Origin: Ginglymostoma cirratum
Lineage: Eukaryota
Reading direction: 5' to 3'
DNA: 64,000 nt
NCBI GenBank assembly: GCA_024137785.1
Contig: JAHRHZ010000046.1
Span: forward strand, 31,917,940-31,981,939
The translations under genes and the position numbers were made by a program. The notes beneath the pieces are model-generated. The model was given only the letters and a program-made list of their open reading frames with translations, was not told the origin of the DNA and did not search any database. The stretch's first letter is position 1. Every line of letters begins with the position of its first letter. Shown here piece by piece: positions 61,961 to 64,000 of the stretch.

Positions 61961-64000
61961 TTTCTTTCCGGGACTGCACTATCAATCCAGAAGCAGCATT
62001 ATTTAAGCAGTGGGAAGGTAAGCAGAAATCTCAGTTTGGGAAGTTCCATTTAGAAGTTGGAAAGAATGTAAAAATCTCACTCAGTTGAGGCTATATTAGT
62101 CGATAACCACGCTGTGACCTAGTCAAACAATCACTCGACAGCACTTCCTGCCAACGAAGCAGATGCAAGTTTAAAATTCTATGGTGACCTGTCATTATTT
62201 GTAGGCAAGATGATGATGGTAGGTTCAAGTGTCCAATTCTCCATGCTCCAGGATTGATAAGCAAAATGTTTTTAATCGATAAAAGTTTGTTCATTGCTAT
62301 TAAGATTGCTACTGTTTTTTGTCAATTTTATTGGGCGTTTCCAACTTTTCTACTAAGTGGACTCCTGAACTAATTATGATGACTATCTAGGAATAGTTTC
62401 CATGCCACCATTTACTAAAGGAAGTTAATAGGGAGATGGAAGAGATGTAGTGTTTACCACAAATTATAGAGTTGAAAGGTTAAAAAGCTGCCACAATACA
62501 TTCACCTTAGCTGAGTGAAAAGCCGAACAAGGAATGTGACAAAATAAATGGATTCACTGTCAGTGCTGACTTCTTTAGACCTGTGCTATCTATTTGAAAA
62601 TGTTCGATGTATTGCTTTTTGTATGAATTCAATGATGAAGGTGCAAACACCATCTTGGGGAGTCTTGTTTCTTATGCAGTTCTGTACAACAATTTTAATT
62701 TAAAGAGCTTCTTCAGGTAAAACTACCCATTGCATACATTAGACATCCTTGACTTATGATCTCCATCCAGTATGGAGCAAAAGCACAATAATTACAATGT
62801 TGAGAATTTTCCAAGTATTAGAAACTGACAAGTCTCTGATTCTGAACTTTCAAGCTTTGCAAAATAACTACAGCACCATCTGTTTTAAAGCAATTGTGAT
62901 ACAGCTCGCTTTATTAGCATTTTAAATAAAACTTCTAAAAGCTTCAGAATAGCGGTGACTCACTAAAAGTCAGAACTAATTAATCAACCAGAGCACTAAA
63001 AGTGTTTAAAATATTGCTACTGAGTGTAACTGGTGGATTAAACATGTTCAGTTACTGATGAAGCAGCAGAGCTGCAGAGGGACCGACTGCCAGCGTTGAA
63101 ATGTCATGCCTCAGCACTCTGATCTCAGAGACGACCACTTTGATGACAAATATAATAAGAGAAAAGAATTTTTCAACAATCAGCATGGGTAATAAAATAT
63201 TCAAAGGAAGAGTTAGTGAGCCATATCCAAGTTGGCTCCTTTAAAAGCAAGTATTCATAATAATGTACAAAACAATTACAATTATGTAAAAAAATTAGCA
63301 ACATTAATGGACATGTATGATTTCAGGATTGGTTCTTGAATTTTCAATGTTAGCATGGTGTTGCAACTATCGTACTGCTGCTGATACAATAGACTTTGAT
63401 CTAATTAATGTAAAAGATCAATTGTTATCCAAATAAACAAAAATGTATTTTTCCAATATATTCTTAAATAAATATAGCTGTTTCCTTTTGTACTAAGTGC
63501 CAACACCAGCTGTAAAAGTGAGACATACATGAAGGACTAAGAACAGACAGGTCCAGTATGTAACCAATGGACACCTCATTCAAACACAAATCTCTCTAGG
63601 CAAAGCGCAATTGTATAGCGTGAGGGATGTAATATTTGTTCCGTGAACATCAAACAATTTCAAAGCCAATACAAGTATACTGATGTCCAACAAAATCTAA
63701 TCAAAGAGCTTCAAAATTTTAATTAATGGACTACAAATGCATGATCTGCAAGCCACTATTGTGTTATACAGGATCTTTCCATTACAGTAATAGTATAAGG
63801 TATAAATTGCCTTGGTTGAGCAAACAATTACACCAATTTTATTGATGTCAATCAATATTTCCAATTGAATGTTCAATGTATCTAACAAAAGTAACACTAA
63901 CAGTCATACATCATATTGCGAACACACCCTTAAAAATTTCTACAAAACAAACACATTCGGCAAAATTTCAGCAGCAGTCGCAAAACCCACCTTCATACTT

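Noticed and set aside
63055-63105. Possible intronic hammerhead (CTGATGA...GAAATGTC)
   Set aside because: Helix II is not directly closed by GAAA, there is no convincing helix I, and the motif is antisense to the host gene.

Overview
Vertebrate genomic DNA, about 40% GC, CpG-depleted and repeat-rich. The repeat families (CR1-type LINEs, an HE1-type tRNA SINE, Deu-domain SacSINE1-like SINEs, Harbinger relics, Penelope-type termini) point to a cartilaginous fish, probably a shark; this is an inference. The only confidently recognised host coding sequence is the last coding exon of a TBC1D22 Rab-GAP, most like TBC1D22B (minus strand, 59196-59324). Its 3' UTR extends leftwards and its last intron fills the right end of the window. 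The other ~56 kb is intergenic and holds decayed CR1, L2 and RTE LINEs, SINEs, PIF/Harbinger relics, a Gypsy relic, solo LTRs, a hAT MITE and a 400-N assembly gap. The most notable non-obvious signal is a family of short Penelope-derived insertions carrying minimal type I hammerhead ribozyme motifs (CUGANGA-helix II-GAAA-CG-UH). Three of these insertions have perfect 13-14 bp target-site duplications, and the 5' ends of several copies cluster at the ribozyme boundary. Other points of interest are an unidentified CpG-rich coding-like segment (110-954), a candidate alternative terminal exon of TBC1D22B, and a CR1 with an inverted internal duplication at its 5' end. Repeat boundaries are approximate unless TSDs or TIRs are quoted. 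All family names come from motif recognition, not database searches.
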